Source: Octopus vulgaris
Taxonomy: Eukaryota
Assembly (NCBI GenBank): GCA_951406725.2
Contig: OX597814.1
Location: 91,512,001 to 91,576,000, forward strand
DNA length: 64,000 nucleotides
Direction: 5' to 3'
Part shown: in pieces, positions 15,164-29,481 of the stretch
How positions within the stretch are numbered: the stretch's first letter is position 1
Layout of the letters: each line of letters begins with the position of its first letter
Program-made: the position numbers and the translations under genes
Notes under the pieces: model-generated
Seen by the model: only the letters and a program-made list of their open reading frames with translations
The model's database searches: none
Told to the model about the DNA's origin: nothing

Positions 15164-16110
15164 TATTTCAAAACATTTGCCATAAAGGCAGTACACAGAT
15201 TAAGTTAGCTTTGCGGGCTGGACGAGGACATTATTGAGGTGAATGATAATGAAAGAAAGATGATAAGGAGGGGAGAAGACAAAAAAGCGCCCGCCGACTT
15301 TCGCTTCTCTAAAACATTGTTCTTTTTAAAGATAAACACAAAACGAGGTATTAAACCTCTTACAATTTTTCCAATTTTTGGACTTAGCAGTCCATTATTA
15401 ATACAAAACGAGGTATTAATCCTCTTACAATTTTTCAATTTTTGGACTTAAGTCCATTACTAATAATAACAGTTCAATAATTACATATCGTCCTCGAAAT
15501 AGCTTGTGCCCACGCCCTCCACCATCAACCACGCCTCCCTCAGAACGTAATCAAGTTCCGAGTTCGCGTCGCCCGGGACCAAGTTATAATCTTCATTGAG
15601 CTCCTTTAGCCCAAGCGTCACGTCGAACGCCACGGCCTCCACAGCTACCTGCGGAGGCCATTCGGGGTCCTGTGTGAAGGCTAAAGGTGCTCCCTTGTAG
15701 TGCTCTTCCATCACTTTTTCAATTTCTCCTCCTCTATAGAAGAGGACCAATACGTTCAGTTCTTTCGTTGGCGGCACAGTTCCCGCCAACGGTATTCCTT
15801 CTCTTGTCGGTGGCACAACCCCAACCGACGTAGTTCCGGGACATTCCGGTGCTACACTGACAGCCGGTAATGTCCCGTTTTTCTTCCTCTTTTTCTTTTT
15901 TTTTCCCTTTTCAACTGAGGGAGGGTGCGTCTCCTCCGTGGCTGGAAGATTCTCCTCATCCCTATTATCCTTTGGTGAGCACCCATTGTTGCTCACCTTC
16001 CTCTTTCGGCCTCTGTTTGAGGAGTCCTCTGCTTTCTCGGCCGTTATCGTTCCCTCTTCTAGAGGGGTTTTACTTAACTGTTCCGGGATCCTATTTTGTT
16101 CCCGAGGACA
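15164..16110 (-). mobile_element. GC-rich insertion with a ~210-codon open frame (15481-16110) and an AATAAA-terminated 3' UTR; probable retroelement ORF1-like fragment
   Basis: Much higher GC than the flanks. Stop-free frame with basic tracts RGRKRK and [10 protein letters not shown]. The UTR has a ~65-bp tandem duplication (15338-15402 and 15403-15464) and AATAAA at ~15162-15167. Confidence 0.45.
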
Positions 16111-16190
16111 GTAAATAAATAAATAAGTTAACATAATATAATGTCGAAAATTTGATGAACCACCTATTGATCCCCTGCATTTTCTTATTG

Positions 16191-16229
<39 letters not shown>

Positions 16230-16240
16230 TATATATAAAG

Positions 16241-16300
<60 letters not shown>

Positions 16301-16348
16301 GCATACACACATACACATATATATATGTATATATATATATATGCATAC

Positions 16349-16379
<31 letters not shown>

Positions 16380-16688
16380 TATGTGTGTGTGTGTGTGCCA
16401 CTCTCAACACGGAGTTATTTCTTACACAAACACACTCACATATAATAACAATTTTACATTAACCTGAAGCATCACTCAGTACATTTTGTAGAGTATATAT
16501 TAGTTTTTAACAAGAATAGTATTGATAGCGATTTCGAAGTTTTGACCGGCCAACCATTCCTATGATAATCTGATGATGGCTTAGCAGAACAAATCATCGA
16601 ATCTGCTGTTAATATTATTCCTATGATATATGCGAGTGTATGTGCGTGCGTGTGTGTGTGCCTATATGTTTGCGCGCGTATGTGTATG

Positions 16689-16732
<44 letters not shown>

Positions 16733-17729
16733 TATGTGTGTGTGTGTGCTTGCGTGTGTGTGTGTAAACTGCATAAAACAGTTAGAAACAGAGGTATCTG
16801 AAATGAATTGAAATTTCATAAATTTATTAATTGTAACTGTAGAAACGAAGAATTACTTGAGAACATAAACGCATCTTTCTTAAATTTTAGAGCTGTGTGG
16901 TTTTTCCTAATGGAAGACACCCAATTGCCTTCGCTCATCGACAGCATAGTCAAATATTATACATAATTATACCCCTCTAAGTTACGGTAGACATGGGCCA
17001 AGTAATTTTTATATAGATGCTTTTGATACCCAGATATAGAATAGAAGATTGTATACGTCTTCTCCATGTAACGATAAACTGGAGATCTGGAGGCTATCCC
17101 TCATGTATGTATGTATGTATGTATGTATCTGCGTATTTGTGACTTTGTATCTATGTTTGTCCTCATCACCGTTTGACAACTGGTGTTGGTGTCGTTTTAT
17201 CCCCGTAACATAGCGGTTCGGCAAAACAGAACGATAAAATAAGTGCTAGGCTTCAGAAGCAAGTCTTCGGGAGTGGGGCGATTTGTTCCACTAAAACCCC
17301 TTCAAGGCGCTATTCCCAGTATAGCAGCAGTCAAAAATGATTGAAACAGGTGAACGAATAAACATTTGAGCTGTAAATTAGTAAATTTCCTCCACCAAAT
17401 CATCATTGGGTGTCAGGGAAACGGCTTGCCACACCTTAAATGTCAAAGACATCTCAGAACATCAGAAATGAAGCGTTTTACGCAAGAACACAACGCCTCG
17501 CCTCCACACACCTCTGAAAATGGAAGTCACTATTTTACGATCAAGATTGCAACACCTTAAACACTAAACCACGAGAATTCTCAGACAACCGCACAGACAC
17601 ACACACAAGCAAAATACATACACAGACGCAACACACGCACACTCACAATATATATATATATATACAGATAGCTAGCTAGACATGCAAACAAAGAGGTACA
17701 TTGATAAACTAGTTCGTATGTATGTGTGA

Positions 17730-17775
<46 letters not shown>

Positions 17776-17777
17776 GC

Positions 17778-17852
<75 letters not shown>

Positions 17853-18519
17853 TGTATGTATGTATGTATGTATGTATGTATGTATGTATGTATGTGTGCG
17901 CGTGTGTGTGTACACATATATATATACATACATATATATATATATATATATATTTAGATAGATAGATTGATTGATGGAGAGATAAAATTAGATATATTCA
18001 TTCGTACCAGTATAAATGTGCGTGTATTTGTGTATACATTATACATACGTACAAACCCATATACCTACATATCTATCAACATGCATAATACATACACACA
18101 TATATGCATACATACATATATACATACATATATGTATACATACATGCACAGGTGTATACAGATAGAAAGAGAAATATCGATCAGATGTCCATAGCAGTAG
18201 ACGCCAAGAATGAATTCTCAGTAAACAGAGGAAGGATTCTTGCTGTTTACAATTGACTGGATGTTACAGAAATCTTTTCCTGAAAGAAACCAATAAAATG
18301 TGTGGGTGTGTGGTATTTAGAGTAAACACCGTGACTGAAAGGAAATCATTTGTTAAATAATATATATTGCTCCATCGCTTCTTGCATTTACTGCTTCTTA
18401 CTATTACGCTTTCACATATTTACTACACTTATATTACGAAACAATATTAATCATTTAAAGAATATAATAAATATTAAGCACATATTTCATTAAACACAAA
18501 ATATTGCACGCACGCATTA

Positions 18520-18672
18520 TAGGTGTGGCTGTTCGGTGAGTAGCTTGCTTACAAACCACATGGTTCTAGGTTCAGTCTCACTGCGCAAGTGCCTTCTACT
18601 ATAGCCTCGGTCTGACCAAGGCCTTGTGAGTGGATTTAGTAGACTGAGACTGAATGAAACCCGGCATGTATG

Positions 18673-18733
<61 letters not shown>

Positions 18734-18855
18734 TTATGTGTGCGTATGTAAGTGTTTTTCCTCCCACCATCGCTTGACAACCAACGTTCGTGTGTTTACG
18801 TCCCCGTAACGTAGCGGTTTGGCAAAAGGGACCGATAGAATAAGTACTAGGCTTA
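18520..18855 (+). mobile_element. SINE family A
   Basis: Matches 24512-24820 and has an internal (TA)n. Confidence 0.85.
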
Positions 18856-18869
18856 TATATACATAAAGG

Positions 18870-19370
18870 AAGTTACAAAAGTCACTGATGGGTTCCAGTT
18901 TTTAATAACTTCCTCAAATCTAGAAATAAATGCATGGAATCGTGATACAATATAATGGACGTAATGGACATTAGTATGTTTAAGTCAAATTTTGCATCAC
19001 CATTTCACTACATATGAAAAATGGCATCGCTTAAATAGCAGCCATTTTCGACTTCGCAAGCCCGTCCTCTTTCCAAAACTTGCACCATCACTTCCTCAAG
19101 AGTTTCAGGCTCCACTGCTATAATTTCTCTATTGATGTTCTCCTTCTGTTGCATCAGGATCTCCGGCTTGTTAACGTAAACCTTCTTCTCAGGTATCACC
19201 AAAATAAGAAATCCGGGCTAGTCATGTCTGAGGAAGGGGAAAACCAGTTGACATTACTGTGGCGAGAGACTATTCTCTCTTCAAAGCACTGCCGTAGCAA
19301 CACCATTGTTTCTCTTGCGGTATGAGCAGTTTCCCCATCTTGCTGGAACCATGTTTGAGGCTTTCTTTGA
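18870..19370 (-). pseudogene. Tc1/mariner-superfamily transposase 3' half (WFQQDG type)
   Basis: Reads WFQQDGETAHT at ~19320-19350 and KKVYVNKPE..QQKENINREI...ETLEEVMVQVLERGRACEVENG. Confidence 0.8.
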
Positions 19371-19374
19371 GTGG

Positions 19375-19580
19375 ATTTCTCGTTCCTCAGACTTGACTCA
19401 CCCGGATTTACTCTTGTGGGGATACCTGAAAGAGAGGGTTTGCATCAAAAACCAGAAACCCTGGTGCAAGTAAAGGAGAACATCAATATAGAAATCAGAG
19501 AAGTGGGGTCTGAAATTCTTTTGAGTATTATGGTACAAGTTTTGGAATGAGCACGGGTGTGGGAAGCCAAAAAATGGCTT
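19375..19580 (+). pseudogene. Inverted second copy of the same transposase C-terminus
   Basis: Reads [38 protein letters not shown]...IMVQVLE*ARVWEAK. Confidence 0.8.
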
Positions 19581-19669
19581 ATATATACATGCATATATAT
19601 GTGTGTATATAAATATATCTTTATATTTATATATATATATATAAATATTTATATATTCATATATATATT

Positions 19670-19718
<49 letters not shown>

Positions 19719-20318
19719 GTATGTATGTATGTACGCACACAAAAATATATGTTAAGTATGATTCTATGTAGGGAGAATGTAGGTAACATCGCAAAATATC
19801 TTGAATGGTAGTTCTTTTAAACTGATTTCTCTTTTATATAGTGAAAGATAAAATATTCAAATATATTAGATTTGTTAAATTAGTTCTTCATAAATATAAA
19901 AATTTACGTCATATAAATGTTACTAACCCACTGTGCGCATACACAAATGTGTGTATGTGTGTGTAGGTGTGTCTAAATTTGTGCATGTATGTATGTATGT
20001 GTGTGTATATGTGTGCATCTATAACTTTATATGCTTATATGCGTTGATGTATAATTTGATTAATCTATGAAAACTGCATAGAAAATAATGAAACAAAAGT
20101 TTTTTTTTATATTTGAATGATTATTTCGGAATAAATAGCGATTAAATAACGTAATTAGATCTTCATAACACAAAATATATAAAGACGAGTTCATACATAC
20201 ATACTTACTTTTTCTCCCACACACATACACGCAAGCAGGCACACATACACACATATACACACGTACTAATGGAGAAAGAGAGAGGGAGAGGAGAGTGTAA
20301 AAGGGATAGATAGATAGT

Positions 20319-20395
<77 letters not shown>

Positions 20396-21276
20396 CGATT
20401 GATAGATAGATATATACATTCATACATACATGCATACATACATGCATACATACATGCATACATACATGCATTCATATAAACATACGTACACGAAAGACTG
20501 TAGTATTATACATATGCAGAAACGTAATTGGTATTTTAGGAATTATATCTTTATAAAGCATAGATGTGTTTGAGTAAATCAAGTGACAATATAATACAAT
20601 TGCTAGGCGAAATTGCATATTCTTATCGTAACCTTATTCAGTCCTTTCAATAAAACAATATAATATTGGAAAGTTTACTCAATTTATCCTCGTTATTCAA
20701 ATTACCAACATTAATTGTTTGAGGGAATAGAGAGTGAGAGAGTGTTATGTTGTAGTATGGGATAAATAGAAGTATGAAAGGTTGATACGAAAATAATAGT
20801 AAAGGAAGATGGTGAAGGTCATTTTGGCATCTTAGACAGCCACACATGTATACACCACTTAGAACTTTGAAAATATATACGCAATACAGTGTAGTGAAGG
20901 AAAAGAAATAACTCCGAAGCAATGTAGACTACATAGCGATGCCAACAACAACAACACTACTACCAACCGCAACAATACCAACAATGATATTAATAATAGC
21001 AATAAATCCAGCTACATGAACATCCACTGCTATATCCAAGTTGAAGGGAATTAGTGGCAACTTCCGTTAACAGGTTTATTAATTTCATCTCCAAAGAACA
21101 TGTTTTAGGCAGACGAAGTGTATGCTCATGAGTGCATAGTACATTGCTCACTCTGTGTCTTTTCATTTGTAGGCACACATGCAGTTACATACATGCATAT
21201 AGACATACAATGCTAGACTCATACACATTTAGTGGTGGGAACGCAAACACACCCGCATATATGTACACACACACGC

Positions 21277-21316
<40 letters not shown>

Positions 21317-22874
21317 ATAGGAAGTGAAAGAGTGTAAGCAATTCTAATAGTATTACAATAACGAATATTAAAAATGGGATCAATGCATGGTACATTCAAA
21401 TTATAGAATCGCAGGAACAATCGAAAAATATATCACTAACAACGTTCTCTAAAATAGGCCCAAATACTGAAATTTGGGAAATAGATTCCATCGATCCGCA
21501 CGGTTCAACTGGTATTTATTTATTTAACCCGAAAGTACGAAAGGTGAGTTCGACATCGGTGGCGTTTGAACTCAGAATATGCAGGAAGAAAGGCTACTCA
21601 CAGATATTTGTTCGGTGTGTTTATGCTTCTGCCAGATCCCTGCTCTAAGAATTTTGCTCAGAACAATAAATATAATTATACTTGTATCAGTACATGTATT
21701 TATAAATTGTTTGCAATATACGCCGGATATTGTAGAAATTGGCGTGTTGTAAGTCGCGTATACGAATTTTTTTAATAGTAATTAGTGCAGCAGTGATATT
21801 GTCTTTTAAGTTAAGTTATACTTTAACTGAGATATGTTTCGAAAATTATTATATTTCCGATGCTGTAATGTATGTACATATGCTTTACTTCCTGTGGATC
21901 TTCTATTTTGTGTCTTTCCCTTATTTCAGTGATGGGGTGTGGTAATAAAACCGCAGGACTTATTCCGTCGGGCCGTTAGGTTATGGTGGCCTAAACAAAT
22001 AAAAGCACAACAACACACACTCATGCAGATATACGACAAAGTCCCAGATTCACTGACAAGTCATTGATTGACACAGAGCAATAGTAGAACTGAACCCAAA
22101 AGTATGTGATTTCAAAGTGAGCTTCGTAACAACACAAATCATGCATTACATAGCAATGTCATTAAGACCTTTACGTATACACAAAATCTAGGAAATGACG
22201 TTAAGCCAATTATCATGACCTCATTTTTCCTTCAGCAGTCTTACTCTGCTCCTTTCATATTGATTTCTTTCATTCTATATTATCATACTGTCTCGAGCCG
22301 TAGCATTCATATGCAGTTAATTGGATACCATGGCATACAAATGACTGAGATCACAGCATTCCCCTTGGATGGTTACTCATTTATACCACAGTGAACAGGA
22401 GCAAAGTTAAATTTAAAATTTTGTTCAAGAACTTAAGACCCCCCCCACATACACACGCACACTGGTTCGAGATATCGAAACCATGATCACCAGAACTTGA
22501 GTGCAACACCCTAACTGGATTTCAAATTTTTGGCACAAGGAAAATAAATTCGGGGAACGACCTCAATGCTCCACTTGTACTTATCGACTACGAAAGGATG
22601 AGAGGCAGTAACGATTCCGTCAGTTCCCCGCCTCTTTTTGCCAGCTGAGTGAGCTGGAGCAGCGTGAAATGAAATGTTTTGCTTAAGAAAACAAAGCGCC
22701 ACCCTTTTCACGAATCGAAAACACAATCTTACGACCATGAATTCAACAACCTAACCACTAAGCCATCCCCCTCCACTTTCGCTTACTACAGAGTTGTACT
22801 TTACATACATGGTATTTTCACTAGATTTTTATTTCAGTATATTGAGATCAAATCAAGGCTTCCTTTCTATGATA

Positions 22875-23926
22875 CGAGGGACGTTCAATAAGTAATGCCT
22901 CTGATCCACTTGCAGTTGTTTGATCCAGCTGAAATTTTGCATGTGCAATTATTCATATCTCTACAGCTCCCAGATCTGGTCGCCCCCTTCTGTCATTGAT
23001 GAGGTATCTGTCTGGCAAGTTGAGGCTGCTATTTTGGAAGATCGACACATAATTATTCGCCAAATAGCCTATGAGGTCAAGATTAGTACCAGGTCTGTGG
23101 AAACTATCATTCATGACCCTTTGCATATGCAAAAGGTGTCTGCCAGATGGATTCCCAGGTTGCTCACACCTTTCCAGAAGCAAGAACGCGTCGAGTGCTC
23201 GAGGATGAATTTGGAGATGTGCCAAGAAGATGAGTCAAATTTTTTCAAAAGTCTGATTACACAGGATGAAACCTGGGTCCATCACTATGATCCAGAGACC
23301 AAAGCCCAGTCAATGCAGTGGAAGCACCGTGACTCACCGCCTCCAAAGAAGGCAAGGGTGCAACCCTCCGCTGGCAAGGTCATGCTCACAGTCTTCTGGG
23401 ACCAGGACGGAGTAGTGATGACAGATTTCCTGGCAAAAGGTACCATAATTACAGGAGCCTATTATGCTTCACTTTTGAAGAAATTAAGAGAAGCTATCAA
23501 AATCAAGAGGCGGGGCAAGATCAGCAAAGGCATCTTCCTCCTGCTGGACAACGTTCCGGTCCACAACTCGCGTATCACCAGATCAGAAGCACAGGCGTGC
23601 GGCTATGAACTCCTCCCCCATACCCCCGACCTTGCACTCTCCTGACCTTGCACCCCCTGATTCTCGCCTCTTCCCAGCCATGAAGTTGTTTTTGAAAGGA
23701 AAGCGTTTCCCAGATGATGCAGCCTTGATTTCTGAAGTCACGTTGAGGTTGGAGGACCAAGCTGGGTTCTTCTACAAAAACGGTCTCCAGAGCCGCATCA
23801 AACGATGGGAGAAATGCGTAACTCTGGGTGGTTCCTATGTAGAAAAAGACTAATAACTGTGCCAAGTTTCGTTGCTCTAGTGCTATGGGAAGTGGGTCAG
23901 GGGCATTACTTATTGAACACCCCTCG
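22875..23926 (+). mobile_element. mariner (DD34D) DNA transposon, internally deleted
   Basis: ~39-bp TIRs (cgagggacgttcaataagtaatgcc... and ...ggcattacttattgaacacccctcg) flanked by TA at 22873-74 and 23927-28. Motifs ARWIPRLLT, ITQDETWVHHYDPETK, LLDNVPVH and SPDLAPPD. Confidence 0.95.
22985..23853 (+). pseudogene. mariner transposase lacking the N-terminus, frameshifted near 23630
   Basis: ORFs 22920-23645 and 23605-23853 overlap at a short gaccttgcac duplication. Confidence 0.9.
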
Positions 23927-24169
23927 TAAAGTAAGAAGAAAACTAAAGTAAGTGTATATTAAGTCAGAAGGAGGTTTTGTTAATATTATTTCATTATTTC
24001 TTTTATCAGTTTTAAAAACTGCTGTATACACGCATTATGCAGATAACTTAAAATATCAATATGAATTCAAACTTTTACTCAGGTGTACGTTTCGTATAGA
24101 TACAAACATCTGCATATTTACATAAATGCATAATACTTACATACATATATACATACATACATATGCACA

Positions 24170-24219
<50 letters not shown>

Positions 24220-24419
24220 GCATACATACATAATACATATATATCAGGGACGTGCCATCTAGGTAGGCAGTGCCTACTCTGAATAAGATTGATCGATAGA
24301 AACATTTTCCCTTTATGACACAATATGCACCTAATTCCATTCCATAATATTATGAAGTTTACTCTGATTACTGTGCATAAAAAACAACATATATATATTT
24401 ATATGTATATATATGTGTA

Positions 24420-24511
<92 letters not shown>

Positions 24512-24513
<2 letters not shown>

Positions 24514-24916
24514 CGCAGGAGTGGCTGTGTGGTAAGTAGCTTGTTTACCAACCACATGGTTCCGAGTTCAGTCCCATTGCGTGGCACCTTGGGCAAGTGT
24601 CTTTTACTATAGCCTCGGGCCGACCAAAGCCTTGTGAGTGGATTTGGTCGACGGAAACTGAAAGAAGCCCGTCGTATATATGTATATAAATATATGTGCG
24701 TGTGTGTTTGTGTGTCTGTGTTTGTCCCCCTAGCATTGCTTGACAACCGATGCTGGTGTGCTTATGTCCCCGTTACTCAGCGGTTCGGCAAAAGAGGCCG
24801 ATAGAATAAGTATTGGGCTTACAAAAGAATAAGTGCCGGGGTCGAGTTGCTCGATTAATGGCGGTGCTCCAACATGACCGCAGTCAAATGACTGAAACAA
24901 GTAAAAGAGTAAAAGA
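24512..24916 (+). mobile_element. Full-length tRNA-derived SINE family A (OK-SINE-like)
   Basis: A box tggctgtgtggtaag, B box gagttcagtcc, CORE-like ccttgggcaagtgtctt and a (gtaaaaga)2 tail, inserted in (TA)n. About ten copies in the window. Confidence 0.9.
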
Positions 24917-24932
24917 TATATATATAAATATA

Positions 24933-24988
<56 letters not shown>

Positions 24989-25592
24989 AGATTGGATAGG
25001 CATAATTCGCCCCTGCCTTTCAATCTCAGTATTTAAGTTGCGCATAGTAATGCTGAAGTACACTATTACAACGTTTTCTGTACGGGCTGTAGGGGCAGAA
25101 GTAAATCAGCCTCTACAGAAGTAAATCTGACTCTACAGGTCAGCAACTGTTTATCCTGACTATCACGTAACGGCACATGCCTGATACACACATAAACACA
25201 TAAACACACAAACACACACAAACACACACACACACACACACATACATATGTAAAGAGAGAAGGCAAGGGAGTAGAAAGGTTTATATATACAGATAAATCG
25301 AAACATACACAAAGATATGTATTCTACATAGATGCATACATAGATACATGCATACATTCATACATACATACAAGCATGCAAGCATACACAGACACACACA
25401 TACATGCATGCACACACACAAACATATATATATATATATATGTGTGTGTGTGTTTATATATTTATATACACGTGTGTATATGTTAATATGTTTATAAATA
25501 TATATATATAAACAGCATAAAATACAAATACAGATGTGTGCTTGCGTGTTTATGAGTGAGTGTGAGTGTACATGCGCAAGAGCACATACGAA

Positions 25593-25633
<41 letters not shown>

Positions 25634-27065
25634 TTACATCATCATCGTGTCAAATTTTGATGACAGCAAAATAGACATTTCAACGTAAGTGGGTTATAAG
25701 CACCGATACTTCAGCGACATATATGTCAATCTCCTTCAAACCGTAGATAAATATATAGTGATGTAAGGAGATTCATGTCTTCATTTCAATATGATAAAAT
25801 GAATACGCCATGACACTGCAATAAGCACGAGCAATATTTCTATGTTCCCAACACAATAAATGGCTGTACACATATTTATATTCCTGCATCCACAAATTCA
25901 TTCGTCCGTGCGTATGTGCATACATACATACATACATACATACATACATACATACATACATACATACATACATACATACATACATACACAAAAAATTATG
26001 AAAAGCAATGAAGAGAATACCTATGCTGAACATTGAGATATCTGCAGTTACTCTATTAAGATTACTAGTTCAGATTTATATCTGTAATTATAGCGGCCCT
26101 GGGATGCGTAACACACTATCTAAATACCAATCTTGAGAAATTAGGCTTCTCAAAACCTGACAAGAGAAAGCTAATTCGAAGACTACAAATCTAATTCGTC
26201 ATTGGAACTGTAAATTTCTGTAAAACCTCCCAGAAGTTTATCATTTAAATATATATGAGTATGTCTAGATACGCAACTATATGCATGAGAATACATATAT
26301 TCAACATACAAATCTGCACATGCATACATACATACATACAAACAAACAAGAAAACGAACAAAAAACATCGCCAGCAAGTGAAAAATGCGTAAACACACGA
26401 GAGAAAAGTACAGGACAAAATACGCAAAGAAGATAACTCCTCATCAGTTGTCGGACAGGAGTAAAACACAGTCCAGCATGCCTTGAGTTTTGCTTGGACT
26501 TTTTATTTTTACATTTCTATGTAACTCTCGAGGTAGTGGAGTGGTTTTGTGTTTCAGTCCTTAGCTTTACTGATTGTAATTAAATATCATATATAAGTTA
26601 TTTTCATTTTCGTGTTATGAAAATGAAATAAATTTTAATTGTTATAGTCTTTTATTTACCAATCTTACTAGCTATTGAAAAGTTCCCTAGAAACAATAGC
26701 CGGCTAGTCTCTTCCACGTTAAAATAATTCATTTCAACAATTTAAGTGTTTTACCTTCACTATTTGCTTGAACAGACCAGCCCAAGTTTCTACAGTTGTT
26801 CCTTGATAGTTGTTAGTTGACCCCCAAATTTGTCAGAATAGGTGATCTGAAACATTAAATTATGTCAGTCTAGAATCTAGAGTAAACGTTTTATCATTTT
26901 ACATTCATCTCAGAGTACTGTAGCCACTACCAGAATCTATAGTTGAAGAGGGACTGCTATTTTAGGGACTGCTATTTTTTAATCAATCTGTAATAAATAG
27001 CAGTCAAATCTACTAAACTCACCTGAATGTAATAAATACAAAATAAATACTCATGCTACTAGATA

Positions 27066-27949
27066 CAAGGTCTGATCAATAACCGGACTGTTGCCATATT
27101 CACGAAGTTAAATAACACAGAGTAAAGCCGCTTGGCACAAATTGATCTTGAACTCTACTGTGCATGCGTACTTAGCTTTAACGTTGTAGCTCAATTCTGC
27201 TTTTTACATCAGTACTTGGAAGGAAGGTTTGTAGAATGTGTAATTTCGCATTGACTATGATAAAGTTTCCATAGCGATACCTGCCCAGAGGACTATGCAA
27301 AGTTGCAGAAAGTGTATGGAGTTATGTGTATGAGCCACACACAGGTGCACGAGTGATTCAGATGTTTCCAAGATGAAAGAAAATACGTCGATATTAAAGA
27401 ACGTTTTGGGAAACCTGCAACCAGCAGAACTAAGGAACACATCGCAGATTTGCGTGCAGCTGTGAGGAGAAATCGTCGAGACACTATCCGTGAGTTATCA
27501 GAGGTTGTGCAGATTAGTTACGCTTCAGTTCAGTCCATTATCACTGAAGAGTTGGGTATGAAACGCTTGTCTGCCAAGTTTGCGCCAAAACTGCATTCAG
27601 CTAACCAAAAGGACATTCGGAGTTTCAGTTGCAGAAGATCGCCCTGTGTTGAGATGGTTGAAAACTTTTTGAAAAGTTTTGCATAGGCCTCTGAGCAGGT
27701 ATCACCAAGCTTTTGGCAAAATTTTATGCAGATTCTCTACTCAACTTACTGTCATGGTCAATGCAACGGTCAAACGCCTCACACCTTCTTTCCAAGTACT
27801 GCTGTAAATAGCTGGTGTTAGCTAGACGGTTAAATCTTAGTGTGCATGGAAAAATGCGTTCAAGGTAAATCTGTACCAAGCGGCTTGCCTCTCCATGCTT
27901 TAGTTGCGTTACTATATTAAGAGTCTGAATACGTATTGATCAGACCACA
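27066..27949 (+). mobile_element. Non-autonomous mariner with ~200-bp inverted ends
   Basis: Termini ta|caaggtctgatcaata and tattgatcagaccaca|ta. 27127-27262 is inverted relative to 27750-27885. Internal ORF NRRDTIRELSEVVQISYASVQSIITEELGMKRLSAKFAPKL is the mariner HTH region. Confidence 0.85.
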
Positions 27950-29481
27950 TACATTCTATCTGAAGAGAATAAATATAGGAAAACGACGGAGTGGGCGTGA
28001 CTAGAATGCCTTTTATATATAGGCCTGTTGGATTGGAGCTTATCTCAGCAACAGTAAGAACATCAACAACAACGACGACATACAATCTGTGAAGATCACC
28101 CATTTAATCCGACTGTCGTGTTGCATTCTATACAATTTATTCATTGCATTAAGAGAGTTCTATACTTTTCAAGTAAGCAGATGTATGGCATAATGTGATC
28201 ATCTGCTTAGGGGCCACGCGTAGTCATTCAGACTGCTACCTGCGTGTCTGCTCTATGACAACAGAAAGACATTATTCTGATACCTAGATGGAATAAACCT
28301 CTATCCGGCAGTAGAAATTTCGTTGGTGCTTAACTATTTGAGACTGCAATTTCTTATTGTAGATTCCATTTCTGTAAGTTGTAATACTGATATCTCGCGA
28401 CAAGTGATTCCCAAAAATATGCGAATCCTTTAATAATCTAACTATGTTAAATAAATAAGTACAAATGGGCAGTAGTGTCTGTATCATGAGGTTTGTCAGT
28501 GAACTTAAACTCTTCATGTCTTTCTGCATTGCTCTTAGAATCATATAAATGAAAGAGCGCACATGAGTTGGTATCAAGAAAGTGTAATTTAGCATTAAAG
28601 AACTTGTTATAGAGAGTTTGATATATCTTATTTCGAAAAATTTATATCATTCCATACTATATTACTAAATTTCCTTCATGTAACACTGGACCCCTTTGAA
28701 AGAGAAAAAGAGAGAAAGAGGGGAAGAGAGGGGAGAGAGAGACAGAGAGACAGACAGTGAGAGAGACACTGGATAATGTAGTTCTTGATATAGAAAAAAA
28801 CGGAACTGTCTATACTGGGTCAAAGAAAATCATAAATGTGCTCCATCAGAGAAGTCTGCAAAGAACGTCAAGTTGAGTATAAGTTGATTTCAGATTTCCC
28901 TCTGAAAAATAATAAAACTGAAGCAGTTAATGCAACAAGTTAGTTGGCGATATTGCAAGAAATGATTCAAGTGATAAATTATTATAGCTCAGTATTCTAC
29001 TCGGGCAATGTATATAGACCGGTTTCTATTCAGAAAATATATAAAACATTAGAAAACCAGTTTTGCTACGAAACAAATAAATATATGAAATATTTAATAA
29101 TTCTTGATAGAACGATAGCTTTATATATGTATAAAGAATTTATTAACTTAAACTGAATATCGGTGTGTGTAAGCTTGTATGTATAAAACTATCCTATGTG
29201 GAAAATATATAGTCTAGAAGTCAATAAAGAAAAATCTGATTCATTAGATTATATTCCCCTCTGATAACCAACTGTCATAGTTATATAAATTTGCCGTGGA
29301 CATGAAAAGAGACTCCAAGTTTACATGTGTTTTTCATTCTCATCAGCATTCACTTATAAATACAATGTATATGGTAATTTTTTATCTTAAAATTTCGTAC
29401 GAAAAGCCAATGCTGCGGACATATACAAGCAAACATATATATATTATATGCATGCATGTGAGTATGTGTATACTTATATAT

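Noticed and set aside
24512-24590. tRNA-like A and B boxes (also at 10400 and 57688)
   Set aside because: These are SINE heads followed by SINE bodies, with no complete cloverleaf.
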